Shown here piece after piece: positions 1 to 15,100 of a stretch of DNA of 64,000 nucleotides. The notes beneath the pieces were generated by a model. That model worked only from the letters and a program-made list of their open reading frames with translations. It searched no databases and was not told the origin of the DNA. Within the stretch, counting starts at the first letter, position 1. Each line of letters starts with the position of its first letter. The stretch is from Phoronis australis (Eukaryota; Animalia; Phoronida). The translations under genes and the position numbers were made by a program. The stretch covers positions 684,434-748,433 of the forward strand of contig NMRA01000057.1 in the NCBI GenBank assembly GCA_002633005.1, given 5' to 3'.

Positions 1-5
1 TTCAG

Positions 6-155
6 ATTGAGGAGAAAAAGCGCAAGAAAGCTGAGGAAGACGCTAAGGTCAAAGCTGAAGAGGAAAAGGAGTTGAAGCGTATTGAGGAGGAACAGAGACG
101 CATGAAGGAGGAGTATGAGGCTGAGCAGAAGAGACAAAGGGAAAAGGAAGAGGAG
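6..155 (+). CDS. CSPP1: CSPP1 exon, coiled coil (IEEKKRKKAEEDAK...QREKEEE)
   Basis: ttcag acceptor at 1-5, 150 nt open, gtaggg donor at 156. Confidence 0.85.
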
Positions 156-3100
156 GTAGGGGGCGCTAGGCGCTAGAGGCATCTTGGGAGTAGGGGATAA
201 TAGAGGTGGCTTGAGAGTAGGGGATGCTAGAGGTGGCTTGAGAGTAGAAGGCATTTAATTTATTTAATTGGCTTATTTGTGGAAGGCTTTACGTTTGTGG
301 CTGGTTAGTTGTGGTGGCACGAATTGTGACTTGTAGGGGACTGTAAATGTAAGGTGGATTTTATTTTATACACTATTGTATAAGTTGTGTCTTCCTTGTG
401 AGGTATTCCTCTTATCAAAGAGAGCACAGATGGCATGGATTGAATGAATTCAACTGCTGCCCTCTAGGGGCAATAGGGGTAATTATGCATCTGATTTATA
501 TTAAAATCCATCGCGTCACTAATTAAAAATAGTCTGCAGTTACACTACGAAATTAGTAAAGTCATTGAATTTTAAGGACATTTTTAACATCCCATAATAA
601 TCATTGATTTCAAGTGATTTGTGAATGCAGTCATTAGAACCAGTCCTAATTATGACATCGAAAAATCATGTTGCTTATTAATTTATTGATCGTCATTCAT
701 CCTGGGTAAGTCTTGGATGGAAATGTTCTTAAAAGTCATGGATAAATCTTAAAGTCTAATCACATTGGTGACCGTTTTCATGAATTTACTAATATTGTCG
801 GTTAAGATACACTAGCCATTTTTATAACCCACTACATCAATAGTGTATGTCAACAGCAAGCTTTTGCCTTCCTTTCCATACATGTAACTGAGTGTGAAAA
901 TAGCGTTAATTGCCATAAGTCCCCTGGAATTTTTGTTATAATTGTAGTTCTGTGCAAGCCATGTGTACATTTCCGAACACTGAAGCTTGAGTGTAATTGG
1001 GGAAAAATGGTTGAGTTTGTAGGGATTGAAGTAAACCTTTCATCAACTAATGATTTAGTTTCTGGGTTTTGTTGCTTGTTTATTAATGTGAAATTATTTA
1101 GAAACAAATTTGTCAAATGAACTCAAATGTTGCTTTTAATTTTATTTGGTAATAGGAAAGAAATTATTGATCTGCAAACTCACAGTTGACTTAGAGGGAT
1201 ATTTCTTTCCTCACTGCCTGAACCCCAAACTACAAACCAGATTACCACAACAAACAAAGCAATCTGTGTGCAGTAATGTGATGGACAGTGATTCTCATTG
1301 ACAAGTCATAATGAGTGTCAAAATTCTGTGGAATTTTGGAGCTTGACCAACCCTTCCTTGATTCTCAAATCAAATGTTATGTGTAATGGGCAGGCCTTTA
1401 TGCAGCGTATGTCCTGGGCGTCTAAATGGACGCCCTAGCACTAATATGGATGGCCTGGCAAGGACACCCAATGTATCATTTGGACACCCACTATCAATAG
1501 GAACCTTTTAAGTTTGGACACACACATTGTAATGATTACTAGGAAGCCTCTGAAAACTCACAGTGGTGGCTCTTTTTTCAAAGCAGGAAGAAATATACAA
1601 GTATATACAAAGTATTAATGTTGATAGCATTGTAAAAACCTTGGTCTACGCAATTTTTGGTAAAAAAATCTGTGTGTTTGGGCGGATTTCTGGGGGTGGG
1701 GGGTTACGCGTCGGAATCATGGATGCCCTGGAATATTGGGAACCCCATTTTGGACACCCTATTTTCAAAATCCTGGATAAAGGCCTGGTAATGGGCGTGA
1801 CCTTTGTGGCATGAACTCGTCTGGTACAGGCATTGGACCACCGACAATCTATTTTCTTTCCTTTTAAACTCTCCCAAGATTGGAGTGCTATCAATAGGCG
1901 GTGATCTCTCACTTCATTTTGGTTGTGCTAAACTATATTAAATGTTTTCATGGTTATGAGGTAGGAAAGGCCCTTTTTGTCATAGACAAGAGTGTAACTT
2001 CTGCATTTAAGGGTACTTGGTTATTTTCTATGCTAAACAACATACGTGTGTTTTTTCATTACCAGTACCATCTTTAAAACCTTTAGTATGATGGATTTTA
2101 TGTTAGTATACATTTTGAGGCTGCTATAAAACTGTGGTATTTTGAAAAACATTGCCAGAGACTTCATTTTGAATTCATTTCACAGATTTTTTGATGCACT
2201 TTGTTAAATATTTAGTGGTACGGATGATTCCTTTGCCATTTTTGACATGTAGTAACTTGGACGTCAAGAAGTTTGATCTTTGTTGATGTCAATTACAATT
2301 ATTTTTTATTCATTTTAGAATGAAATTTGTGAGCTTGTGTTAAGAACCTTGCTTTAAGCTTTTTAATGACCGGTCTTCTTTCTTTTAAGCTTTTCAATAA
2401 CCACTCTTCTTAGATTTCACAGATGAAGCTCCTCTTTTCAGTGCAGGTCAGGTCGTTCCACTTGAATCTGTCTCCCCACATTTCCAAGCAGTCGTCATTT
2501 TGGTACCAGTTGTCTGGTTGTCCTAAAATGTTCAAAATATGGTGTTTGAGAAATGGTGATTTATGTCAAATTTCAAGGATTGTTGTTCTTGCTTATTTGC
2601 CCCCCAAGGATCAAATTGTGCATAGTAAGGAAATAGATGCGGTAAACTGAATGAATTTTGTTGACCATGAGAATTCTCGTTCAGACTACTATTCGGTACA
2701 ACTACGGCATTTCTTCACTCATTTTGCACAAACGTAACTGCCAAAATTGTTATTTTTCTATTGTTCAAAAATTGGTGCAAACTTTGGCAAATGCTGTTTT
2801 GAGACAACTGCACACTACCAAGAATTTAAAACGACCTTTCAAAATTTTGATTGAAACCACAACCGAGCTTATATTCGGAAACTGTATGAAATAAACCCTT
2901 CTTTTTGAATTAAATGTTGTTGAATTTCACTAGTAAGAATTTTATTTGTCTATACATGTTTCACATTCAGCAAACACATAAGGTGTTGTTGTGCTGATAT
3001 GATACGTTGTCAACTAAGTCACTCAATAACTCATTATTTGATGATTCTCATTTGAGTGAAATCACGATTCCAAAAATATTATATCTTGCTAAAATAAACA

Positions 3101-6100
3101 AAACTTTAGATCAAAACACATTACATACATACTTTAAAACAACCCTTTTGGAACATTTTCCAAACATATGCCCATGGGGGTACTTTTGGGTGGGCTTATT
3201 TTTGAATATTCCCTGAGTGTACAAACCAAATTACTACAGAATGAAACTTTCTTAATGTTTCTTTTTGATACAAAATTTGACAAAATCAGATTTTACTTAT
3301 CCGACGTATTGTGTGATAAATACATGGAGAACTATGAGACTTCTGACTTGTCGTTTGATCTGTGTTCTCATATTATGCGATGTGGCGTGAAAAGGCTAAT
3401 TCTCATTATCATTTTTTAGTCTACATTTGAGTGGTTTAGTCTGTCATGTTCTCGTATCAATGTGTTGATAATAGTTTTGTATGAGCTCTACAGTACATCT
3501 AATAGCAGAACTCCGTTCTGACTTTAAACACTTGACAATGTGTGATATTTAGTAACTATATAGAAGTCTCACCGACATCCCAGTTAGTGAAGAGCATCTG
3601 GCTACCAGTCTTCTCCCACACCCAGTGGCCTTCTTTTTGTCTGTCATGGCCACCCAGCCAGAACTGCTTGGTGGTGAGACCTTCAGTTAGCGCAATATGG
3701 TTGATCATTGCGCCAATGAACGCCTGTTCCTCACTGGTCTCTATGGTAGCTAGATGTGCACCGTACTGATGACATTGTTTCATTGCATCGTACCAGCCGA
3801 ATTTGGCCGTAACCACTTTGTAGCAGGAGTCCTTGCTTGCAGTGAAGCCATATGGACACGTATGCTTGATCTTTGTCTGCAAGTATGCGGTTAGTGATTG
3901 GATGGAATTCTGGTTCGTCATTGACTGCGTAGTCATCTGCTTCAAGTTGTTCTTCACCGTAGACATGTCTGTTTGCAAAGTCTGCACGTACTTTTGAAGC
4001 TCTTTGTCTTGTGATATCATCTTAATGAGCAGTTCTTCCTTCAGTGTGCTGATTTTACTTTCGATGACGAGCTGAGACATTTTGATGGTTTTCAGCGTAT
4101 CTAGAATCTCATCCGTCTTGCAGGGACACGTGTCATTTGCACCGAACCTCACACCCGTAGCCTGAACACTTAGGCATTGAATGAAGAGTAAGAAAGCAAT
4201 GCTGATCCTACTAACCATTGTACACGGCTTTGTGTGTTGACTGGTGATGTTCGCCTCAAGTTCTGGAATATTTTTTTACGAATAAACCTTTAATTTATAC
4301 TGTCTGAGGTTCAAATTAAATCTTTTGTTTACTTTCATTATCAACAAAGGTTAAACTTTTTCAGATTTTAATAAACATTATCTGGAATGAAGCTTGTAAA
4401 ATGAATTGATTCCTCTGTTTCTGAGATACACACTAGGCTGTTACTAGTTGTAGGTCTTATTTAGTTTGGCCACACTTTCGTGCACCTGTAATTTGCTAGG
4501 AGTGCTTGGTGATTTATTTCCGAAATTGACATGTTCAACTCTGAACCTTGCAAACAAACAGATTTAATGTTCATTAAAATTTACACCAGTGTCGACGAAC
4601 AAAATGATTTGGAATTTCACTAGTGTCATTTTTTTCTCGAGTAAGCTGCAACAAAGTTAGCGTGCACTAGACCCTGGTGTTTGACGGAAGTCTAGCTGGA
4701 GTTTCGTTGCTGTAAATATACCATTGCTTTAAAAAGTTATAATTGTAAATTGTCCCTTGGCATTTAGGTATTTTGCTATCTTTATCGGACCTTTATTTTT
4801 GATACTAAGGTTTTTTTTTCAGCAAGTCTAATGTAGAAGAGGCAACACTAGTTTGTCGCCAAAATCTCCATATACAAGGCCCTCAATCCTTAATTTTGGG
4901 ACCGAATATCGGCCCAATACCCTTTGAAAAATATTGAGAAATCATGTGAATTCCCCTCACGAGACTCAAAAATTACCCTCAAATGATTGGAAAATTATAG
5001 TCGAGGTTTGAATCATTTGTAACCTACGCAGGTGACGATTTGAAAGAGCACAAAATGGTAGTTTTAGCTACTTGAGGCAAAGCTTATTAGGGCTTGGAAC
5101 AGGGTGCGGGGTGCTGTTGATGGTGATCAGGAGGTAGAATTTTTCCCTCACACCCAAAAAATTCCCTGCCCAGAAAGCAAAGGCATCTTTCCCCTCGGTT
5201 GAATGAGGACTCTAATATATTACCTGCAACATTACTCTTGCTTAGTGTTACAATTATATTGCAGTGTAGTTTTTTACATGGTGGCATATTTGAAGCAATA
5301 TTTGAGAAGGGTCTTTAGCTTTGGTGTTTGCGATGCACCATTTGGACGTATTTGTGCATTCATTGCTGTCTCTCCATGTACAATACATGCCAAAATAATC
5401 AAAAAAGAACTGGATGTTGTCGATTACAAGTGACTGCATGTTGAAATCCCTGACGTGGTGACTGAGTGTATCTGAACTCTGACAGTTTATTAGAGTCTTG
5501 ATGGGCAGCTGTCAGCCATGACAGAGAAGGAGAGTTTTTGGTGGGTTATTTTTGGTGCAATTTATGTAGAAAAAACATTGAAAACTATGAAAACTGGTTA
5601 TTTTTGTATTATTAGGTTAATCTTTAAGTGTTGGATGCGGGTGTAGCTCATTTTTCTCTTAAATGTGTCGAGAGTTTTGGTGCTTGATGTTTGTCTTCTG
5701 TAAAAGCATAGTACAAAGAAGTGTGACCATGTTGTGTTCTTTGTTGTCTCAGGAACAACGGAAGAATGAGGAGATTAAACGTCAGGCTGAGGAGAAGAGA
5801 CAGGAAGCTGAGAGACAGCGGAAGGAAGCTGAGGAGAAACGCCTAGAGGAGATAAGGAAGAGACAGGATGAGGAAAGTCTGGCCAGGCAGCGGCAACAGG
5901 TGAGAGTGGTGTGGGTTGAAGCAAGGGGGTGGAATCAAAGGGCAAAGAAAGGGTGAGGAGAAGAGTGGATGATAGTGACGTGTGGGGAGAGAGAAGGGGG
6001 AGGTGTAGTCATGGTAAATGAGAGTGGGGCTGGCAGTAGTGGAGTAGGTCTGGGTGATGAGAAAGGAGGGCTGGGACAGGGATGGTGGTTGGGGGTATAG

Positions 6101-9100
6101 TAGTGGTGGAGGAGGAAGAGAAAGCAGGGTGGGAAGTGGCCATAGATAACCCGAAAATAAAGTTAGTTGAGTAAGTGATGACAAGATGTGTAATCATGGC
6201 TGATTAGTGTTGGAGGTTGCAACAGGCCTTGGGAAATCTTTAGGTACTGGGGAAAGTGTGAGAAAAGAAGAGGTTGAGGATTGGGGGGAGATAGAGGGAT
6301 GGGAAAGAAGGTTTGAGATGGAGTGGTGCGAAGATAACTGGACAGTAGACTTCTAATTATGGAGTGTTAGCATTCAGTCTTACAAGAATCCTTTTACGAA
6401 ATCATTTCAGGAGGCCCAGAGGCAGAAGTCGCCACCCATTCCCACAATGAGGAGTAAGACTGTAGCACCAACCGTAAGTTAACATATGAAGCATAGATGC
6501 TCACGTAGTACTAAAAAACTGATGCATTAAGTGATGAGACTCTTGCATGAAATCCTGGTGGTTGAAACCCAGTGTGTAAAGTTGATGTTAGTTTTCACAC
6601 TTATGCGTTATATATGGAGATTAATTAATGGAGACTTGTTTATTATTATTTTGTTTCTTGCTGAATGAATTGCATGTTAACTGAGCACTTGTTGATTGAT
6701 TGATAGGAGGCGAGAACGGACTCTCCCCCAGTACCTGCTGCTAGAAGTAAAACTGAACCTGACTCTGTCAGTGTGAGTATTCGGATGTTATCACAAATGT
6801 TTTCAGAAGCCATGCATAGTATGCTCACTACACGAAGTTTGTAAAATGCAGATCATCTGCAACTCTTGGCTCTTAAATCTCGATGTTGGAATGTGTATGG
6901 AACTGTAGTCATATTCTCATTATGAACTCCAGCACATTATAACTTCATGGGAAGTTGTGGTTTGTAAGTGCATCTTTGGGCTACTCGTGTTCATCTTCAA
7001 TATTCAATTATTAAAAAATGGTCATCAGTCAATGAAATATTTCACTCTGTTTTGTTTAAAATTAAGTTTTTCCCTTTAATAACCCTAATGTATTGTAATC
7101 ATTCAGCGACCAGCTAGCAAACAGGTAAACTTGTAGTGTAAACCAGCACCAGTGTCGAGTGAATTGATTTAATAGTTATTACAATTATTTTGTCTTATTT
7201 CTTGCATTAATTGTAGATTGTTCTTAAACAGAGTGCGAGTTTTTGTTATGGTTTTGTGTGCACTATTGACCAGCAGTGAGGTACACATAGTGCAATCCAT
7301 GTAAACCTCGATTAAATTACTTTTTGCAAACATTTTAAGTCTGATCAACACGCCACCTGTCGCTACATCACGTGACCTGATGAGATTTCTGCCCCAACGA
7401 GGACTCAAACCCGTGACCTTATGCTCACTGTGCACTGAGCCATTGGGACCACTGGTTGGATGCAGTTGTCCCATCAGACTTGGGCATTTTGAACTCCTGA
7501 GTCTATAGACTTGAACGGTCGTGGAAATGTATATTGCAAACATTTTAAGCCTGGTCTGCACACCACATTGTTTTACTTTTAAGTCCTAATCTGTCTTTCT
7601 GTTTTTTGTAACATCATGATGTGTGGTATTATTGATTTGTTCTTAGAAAAAACATTCACTGAATTCAAACGTGTTTGCCAGCGATACAGAAATGGTTCGT
7701 GGTATGCAGTTTGTTGTCGTTCACTTTCAAATTGAGAATCATTTTTTTAATTATCATTAAATACCAGTAAAATCTTACCAATTTCAGACAATGCTAATTG
7801 CCATAGTAACACTTTTTTCATTTTTCAAGGGCTTCAAACATTGTTGCGAATGCCCACAATTTTTCAATATATTGTCTGTTGGTAGCCGTGGTGCAGAACT
7901 TGAATATCACAAAGCATCATAATTTGGCACTATGTATCATTTATGAAAATGGAAGAAACAAAAATTTGACCTGTCTGCCCTAGTGTGTCCAAAATTGGTG
8001 AGAGTTTACTTTACTAATATAAGATAGTGCCTGTTGGTTTGTATTGAAAGGTTCTCATGTTCTTTTGTGTTATTTTGTCTCAAGATCTCCGTTATGGCAA
8101 ACGTAGAGTTGTTAAAAAAATAATCGTGGCTAATCCCATGTGCTGGACTTAAAAAACAGGGATGTGTGCTGCAGACCCTAGACACTTTCGGGTGGAATTT
8201 CCGCTAACGGAGTGGAACCATTGAATTCTCTTTGATAATTCAACATTCCAAACTCAGTGATGGACCACTTCACTGGGCGTCATTTTGCTAGGGAAATGCC
8301 ATGCTGTTATAAGCTCCCAATCCTACTCGCAAAACGTCCACCTTCCACTTGCGTGATTTGGCATTGTCTTGCGTGTTCTTGCTTTTAGGCGATTTTTTAG
8401 GATCTTCAGATTTCATCTCTCTGGTTAATGGATTATGTTTTGTAATTGCCACACATCAGTCACAGTGGTTTGTTGCTAGTTACATTTTTCATAATTATAC
8501 TTATATAACAGTTGACTGAACATCATGTGAATGTTGAAACGTATAAAAGTCTAATTTGCAACTGCTAACACCCTTAACTCAAATTCTTCTGTGGCGTTGT
8601 AGTTGTGATAAAAGAAGTTAGTAATCAACTGACTATATACTTAAACGTCTTGCTAATGCTGTCCCCTTTATCTCCAGCTCCGCGGTAGGACATCCCCTCC
8701 TGTGCCCGCTGTCAATAGCCAGTCAAAGTCTGACTATCGTGCCAATAGTGCAGATGTACTTAATCAGCTGGCAAGAATGAGGCAGCAGTTGCAGAGTGAG
8801 AGGTTAAGGGTCGAGAGTGCTCTTCGCAAGAAGAAGGTAATTTGTTGGTTAAGACTGTCTTTTGTAGGGGTTATGCAAGCCAAATTAGATTGTTTTGCTG
8901 TCTCTTTGGGGTATCCACAATGGCAACTTGTTCAAGTGAACCAAAGTGGGTCCAATATACACAACGTATGTCACTCCACCCTATCATATGATTGTAACTT
9001 GGACAAAATGTCCAAATAGCATCATAATTTTCCTTTAAGTTTAACCTTTCTGAAACTTGAGTTGTCAAGTCAGGATGACTTGTTGTGGGTGTTGTTGCAC

Positions 9101-12100
9101 TTCACTGACTTGGTCAATTAAGTGATGTAGAACTGGAGACTTATGCACTTCACTGACTTGGTCATTAATTTGATGTAGAACTGGAGACTGGTGCAAGAAA
9201 CTGACTTAAGCTCAATTTTGACTTATTAAGCCTAAGATTTGTCTCAGCTTCCAAACATTGAACCCTCCACATCCAGTCAAATAGTCAAAATTAAGACAAA
9301 ACTTGTCAAAAACTCATGTCAAGCTTAAGCTCTCTTCCCTGAAACGGACATGAGACAAATTTAAGCTTTATCTTAAAACTGACTGAAATTTAAGATTTGT
9401 CCTCGCCATTTCTGGGAACTGCCCCAACGCCTTTTTATTGAGTAATAACTGGCTCTAGCTTCGTAACCATAAAATCTCTGCTGTATTATTTGAGGTAAAG
9501 TTTTGTGTGAACTCATCTGTTAGTTCATAAACATAATGTCTGTGGTCACTGAAACTAGAGCTGTTACTTTGATAAGAATGACGATTACCCAGAATACATG
9601 TTTGATTCACACAGTTTGAAGAATTCCAAATTCACTGTTTACATTATGTAGTGCACATCAACATAAGGTTGCCAGAGAATCGCATTAAGAGAAATCCTAC
9701 ATCAAAGCAACCTGAAATTTGGAATAACACAATTTCTTGTATCGCTGTTATTTTTTGTTTGTATTCCATTATGCATATTGTAGCATTGTAAGTATGTTTT
9801 TAGCACATCAGTTTTCATGTCGAAACAGTGAAAGCAATCTTTTCAAACAATGTCACAAAGCATAGCACCTCGCAAAAACTTTTGTCAAACTATCCTGTCC
9901 TGATTTCCTATTATTTTTGGAAATAAGTGAAGGAATGAATTATCTGCCAGTATTGGATAATACTTTAATAAGTGTTGTGTGCTAGGTAATTTCTGAACAC
10001 CTTTAGTATACAGTCTGTGGCTAATCATGTCGGTCTTTTTTATCTTATAGGATGATGTGGAGGTCTATGACCCCCGCCTCAGCAAAGCGTAAGTATAGGG
10101 CTCGTTCTATCCTCTTGTTGTCAACCTGCTTCAAATATTTTCAGCAACTTGTAGCTAAAACTACTAAAAATTAATTGACAGCAAGTTGCGTGATGTTTTT
10201 TGTGAATATTTAGCAGCATTTGATTGGTTGTTAAATTGTCTGTGGATAAAGCTGCATACTTTGCTGAAACATTTAGAGGAACATTGTGGCAGTCTGTGAC
10301 ACATGGCAGCCCTCGGGTGCATTTATTAAAATATTCATTTTTAAAATCAAGAAGCTTAATTCTTGTGGTAATGTCAAAAATATCACTTTGACCAGTGAAT
10401 ACTCTTGAAAAGAAACAAACTTTTGAAAGTTGATTTGACCCCTTATATAATTATTTCTCATTATTTCAAAATATCCATTAGAAAGGAATCAAATATTTTT
10501 TATCATAGACCCTTTCTGCATGCTGGCCTAGTTGCCTAGAGCTTTCTATCCATTAAGTTTGATAATAGAGCCACAATGTTTAACAAAAAGAAGAATTTGT
10601 CCAGCTGTGACTACTGCTGATGTGGTGCTAACGATGATTGTCATTACAGGCCTATCATTCAGGCACCCATTATTGGTTCTACCCGGCCTGAGAGGGTGAA
10701 TTCTCACAATGCAGCAGAGTTTAACAAGCTCAAGCACAGAGGTATGCCTTGAAACTGAGATATTGTTTAACCAGCCTGAAGGTTCAGCTGTAATACTGTT
10801 ATTACAGGGTAATTATATGTTCAAGGCATTGATTGGCTCTCTTGGTTATTACTGGTTTTCCATGTTGTGTAAATATTAAAAGTGAAAAAGAGGACCAGTG
10901 GCTACCCGTTTCAGTACACAAGCACCCATCCACCAAAGTATGAATTGAAGGATATATTGATTGTGTGGGTTACATGGTTATTAATTTTGATAACAGTTGC
11001 TCATTAACTTTAGGACAATGGCATTATCCTTAGTACAGAAGGTTATATGTTGGAAACAATAGGGATGTAAATAATTATGTAAGGAAGCATTGTCCCAGGA
11101 CTACTGAGCAAAGTGCAGAGGAATTAGCTTGCTGGGTCAAATTTACTGACTACAGATGCAGCAAGTGATTCTGTAGTCAGTTATTTTATTAGTGCACAGG
11201 GACTGAGTAATGTTATAGCTGACAACAGATGTAGCAAGTGAATCATTCTAAAGTCTTTTAATATTTGAGTTTACTTAGTACTTCAGCAGCAGACTTAAAA
11301 CTGTTAGCTGAGCACTCGTAAGTCACTTACTGGGAAACTTATTTGACACTACTCAGTCTGTAGTGTTCATAAAATTTTGACTATTTCAATTTCAGTTGTT
11401 ACCTATCTGGGTTTGTCAAAGTTATAGTGAAAACTCAGAAGGCACGCAGATGAAAAATAACACTAAAAATTGGTTACCTGAAAGTTTTTTAAAGTTTTTG
11501 TTAATTTTCAACTTGTTTAAAAACTGGCAACAAACTCCATAACAAAACCTTCAGAGTGAGCTCAGAAACAACAGAATAAGTGTGAACCCTATGTGTTGTG
11601 TCAAATTGTGTCAAATTAAAAAAAAATGTTAGTAATCAAAAGATGTTTTTTGCATTGTTGCATTGTCTATTCATAGCATTTCTTCTAGTAAGGTATTGAT
11701 TTGTCGTACAGGTCACTGCTCACATAACGTCATCATATTCTGTTGCAACAGGTTCACCATCAAGACAAGAATTCCGCAGCATGTATCCGGAATCCCCGTC
11801 GACCAACTCACAGCTGGAGAGACAGCAGAGGGCACTGCTCAAGCAACAGCAAGATAACCTGTTTAGCTTGCAACAAGGAAGTAGGTCTTGTTGCTTGTAG
11901 TTCCCAGCATGCTTTGCATTGTGGGCTAGACTTTGTTCCAAGTGTGCTGTATTGGGTTTGAGGTCTGGGCTGTTTGCACAACAATCCTTTAATTCCACAG
12001 GTCTGGGGCATGTTTCTTGAACAATGACTTGAGACTTAAATCACAAATTTGGTCTTACACAGCACATAACTCTTCTAAATAATGATTAAAATAATCTTAC

Positions 12101-15100
12101 TTGAGCAAAAGTATAGTCTCTAAGAATCTGAGATAATTTGCATGAACTATCTAGACGTATTATTACTTTGGCTAAACTTTTATTCAGCAGTTTAGGAGTT
12201 TGAACGTCAGATCAAATTTCTGGCTTAAGTCTCAACTCTCTGTTCATCAAACAGACTCCTGATGCAGATCATGTAGTTTGAAGGTCAAAGTCGCTACAAA
12301 CCGATCTATTGATAGTTATATATAATTTTTTTTTCTGAATGATTTACACCAGGTTGTAAAACTGGTCTCAAACTGTTCCTTAAGTTGGTCAAAGATTTCT
12401 TGGCTGACAGTTTATTTATTTCTTAAAATCAAGCTTGACCAACTTTATTATTCTATGTGCAGAGCTTGATGTCAAGTATTTGCAAACTGTCAGTTGTTTG
12501 TGAGCCTAGAAGTCATTTCTTATTTGATGAAGGAACGAGTTATGGCCAGCAATGACAAGTGGCCAAAATTAAAAGTTCATTTTTACAGCAGGTCATCTTA
12601 TATCAGTTTTAAATACATTTGGAGCCTGTTTGACAAAACATAAAATACTCTGAGTTACCTTAATTGTGATTATGTCATCCCAACTATCAACAGTACAAAC
12701 TGGAACTATTCAGACAAACTAAATTGAAAGTCACCGTCATGACGGCTATGTGGAAGCCAACTTCATCGTCATACCAATCCTTTATCATGACTGAGAACAG
12801 GAAAGTTGGTTTAAGTGGCTAAGCCGATATGTAATTAGAATTTTACTGACCTAATAGTTAATAACAGCAATTTTTGGCTGTTTAGTGGTCATGAGTGGAA
12901 AACATTATTTTGTCTGATTACTTTTGTCTTGTGATGTAGTTGGGTAAGAGTATTTGGCATTGGCTCTTCTTTGAAGCATTACAACTTTGGACTACAAACA
13001 TTTGGTGTATCATAGACCATGCAATTTGTAGATCACAGGCCTACTCTTTTAGGGACTATTCGACTACCGGCCCTTCAGACTATTTAGCGCCCCTCTGTTT
13101 TCATATAATAGAAGTGTGTAACGCTTGATGTGAATATTGTGCATTAGAGGGGGCTGCACTTCACCTGAAGTTATAATTGTAGATGTCAATACTACCCATA
13201 ATGGGTGTGCACTCCAAATGCACAGCATGTGTAATATTACTGGCATTACAGTACAGTACAGTTCACTTATTTTGTGGATGTGCAGAGGATTGCAAGGGCA
13301 TTGTGGCATTCGGAGCTATGAGTCTTGAGTAGGACAGTAGTATAGCTGTCTGTATCAACTGAAAGATTGTGTTGTGGTTATTGAAGAATGCTAGCATACC
13401 TGGCATGTGCCTGTTGATTTAGTTACTTGAGTCAAGGATCACTATACTTCATATCGGGCAACAGGAATCCTTATCAAGCGGATGATGAATAATCACCAGT
13501 CTGATATTGGTCTGATCATAGCATCATTGATCGTTTGTAATTGCCCAGTGAAAAGAAATCGTATAATTTACCACATTTGATGAAAAATTCTGCCCAAAAA
13601 AATTATATCAACTGTAAATATGAATTTTTATCATGTCATACCATTCATATGAATTCATAGATGGTCGATATGTTTTTATATTATAAGCTTTTGTGACAAT
13701 TATTTATCAACCAAAATGTGTATTGTAATGGTCTCTTAAGAGGGGGTAGGAAAGGCTCTGATTTCGGACAGTTGCGTACAGATGCCAAGATGGTGTATGA
13801 TCTGCATCACAGGGCCAGCTGCGTGCCCTCTTGTACCCCCCCTGCCCCCCTGCTATCATTCAGGCACCACACTTTATTTGTGAACTGTACTCTGTAAANG
13901 CTTGTAGTTCCCAGCATGCTTTGCATTGTGGGCTAGACTTTGTTCCAAGTGTGCTGTATTGGGTTTGAGGTTTGGGCTGTTTGCACAAGAATCCTTTAAT
14001 TCCACAGGTCTGGGGCATGTTTCTTGAACAATGACTTGAGACTTAAATCACAAATTTGGTCTTACACTGCACATAACTCTTCTAAATAATGATTAAAATA
14101 ATCTTACTTGAGCAAAAGTACAGTCTCTGAGAATCTGAGATAATTTGCATGAACTATCTAGACGTATTATTTCTTTGGCTGAACCTTTATTCAGAAGTTT
14201 AGAAGTGTGAGCGTCAGATCAAATTTCTGGCTTAAGTCTCAACTCTCTGTTCATCAAACAGACTCCTGATACAGGTCATGTAGTTTGAAGGTCAAAGTCG
14301 CTACAAAGCGATCTAATGTTAGTAATAAAATTTTTTTTTCTGAATGATTTACACCTGGTTGTAAAACTGGTCTCAAACTGTTCCTTAAGTTGGTGGATTG
14401 AATTTTAAGTCAAAGATTTCTTGGCTGAAAGTTTATTTATTTCTTAAAATCAAGCTTGACCAACTTTATTATTCTATGTGCAGAGCATGGTGTCAAGTAT
14501 TAGCAAACTGTCAGTTGTTTGTGAGCCTAGAAGTCATTTCTTATTTGATGAAGGAACGAGTTATGGCCAGCATTGACAAGTGGCCAAAATTAAAAGTTCA
14601 TTTTTACAGCAGGTCATGTTATATCAGTTTTAAATACATTTGGAGCCTGTTTGACAAAACATAAACTACTCTGGGTTACTTTAATTGTGATTATGTCATC
14701 CCAACTATCAACAGTACAAACTGTAACTATTCAGACAAACTAAATTGAAAGTCACCGTCATGACGGCTATGTGGAAGCCAACTTCATCGTCATACCAATC
14801 CTTTATCATGACTGAGAAGAGGAAAGTTAGTTTAAGTGGCGAAGCCGATATGTAATTAGAATTTTACTGACCTAATAGTTAATAACAGCAATTTTTGGCT
14901 GTTTAGCGGTCATGAGTGGAAAACATTATTTTGTCTGATTACTTTTGTCTTGTGATGTAGTTGGGTAAGAATATTTGGCATTGGCTCTTCTTTGAAGCAT
15001 TACAACTTTGGACTATAAACATTTGGTGTATCATAGACCATGCAATTTTTAGATCACAGGCCTACTGGTTTAATAGGGACTATTGGACTACCGGACCTTC

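Noticed and set aside
3556-3572. Lectin ORF apparently ending at ...DVGETSI* (truncated pseudogene)
   Set aside because: These bases are the start of an intron; splicing to 2522-2410 completes the domain.
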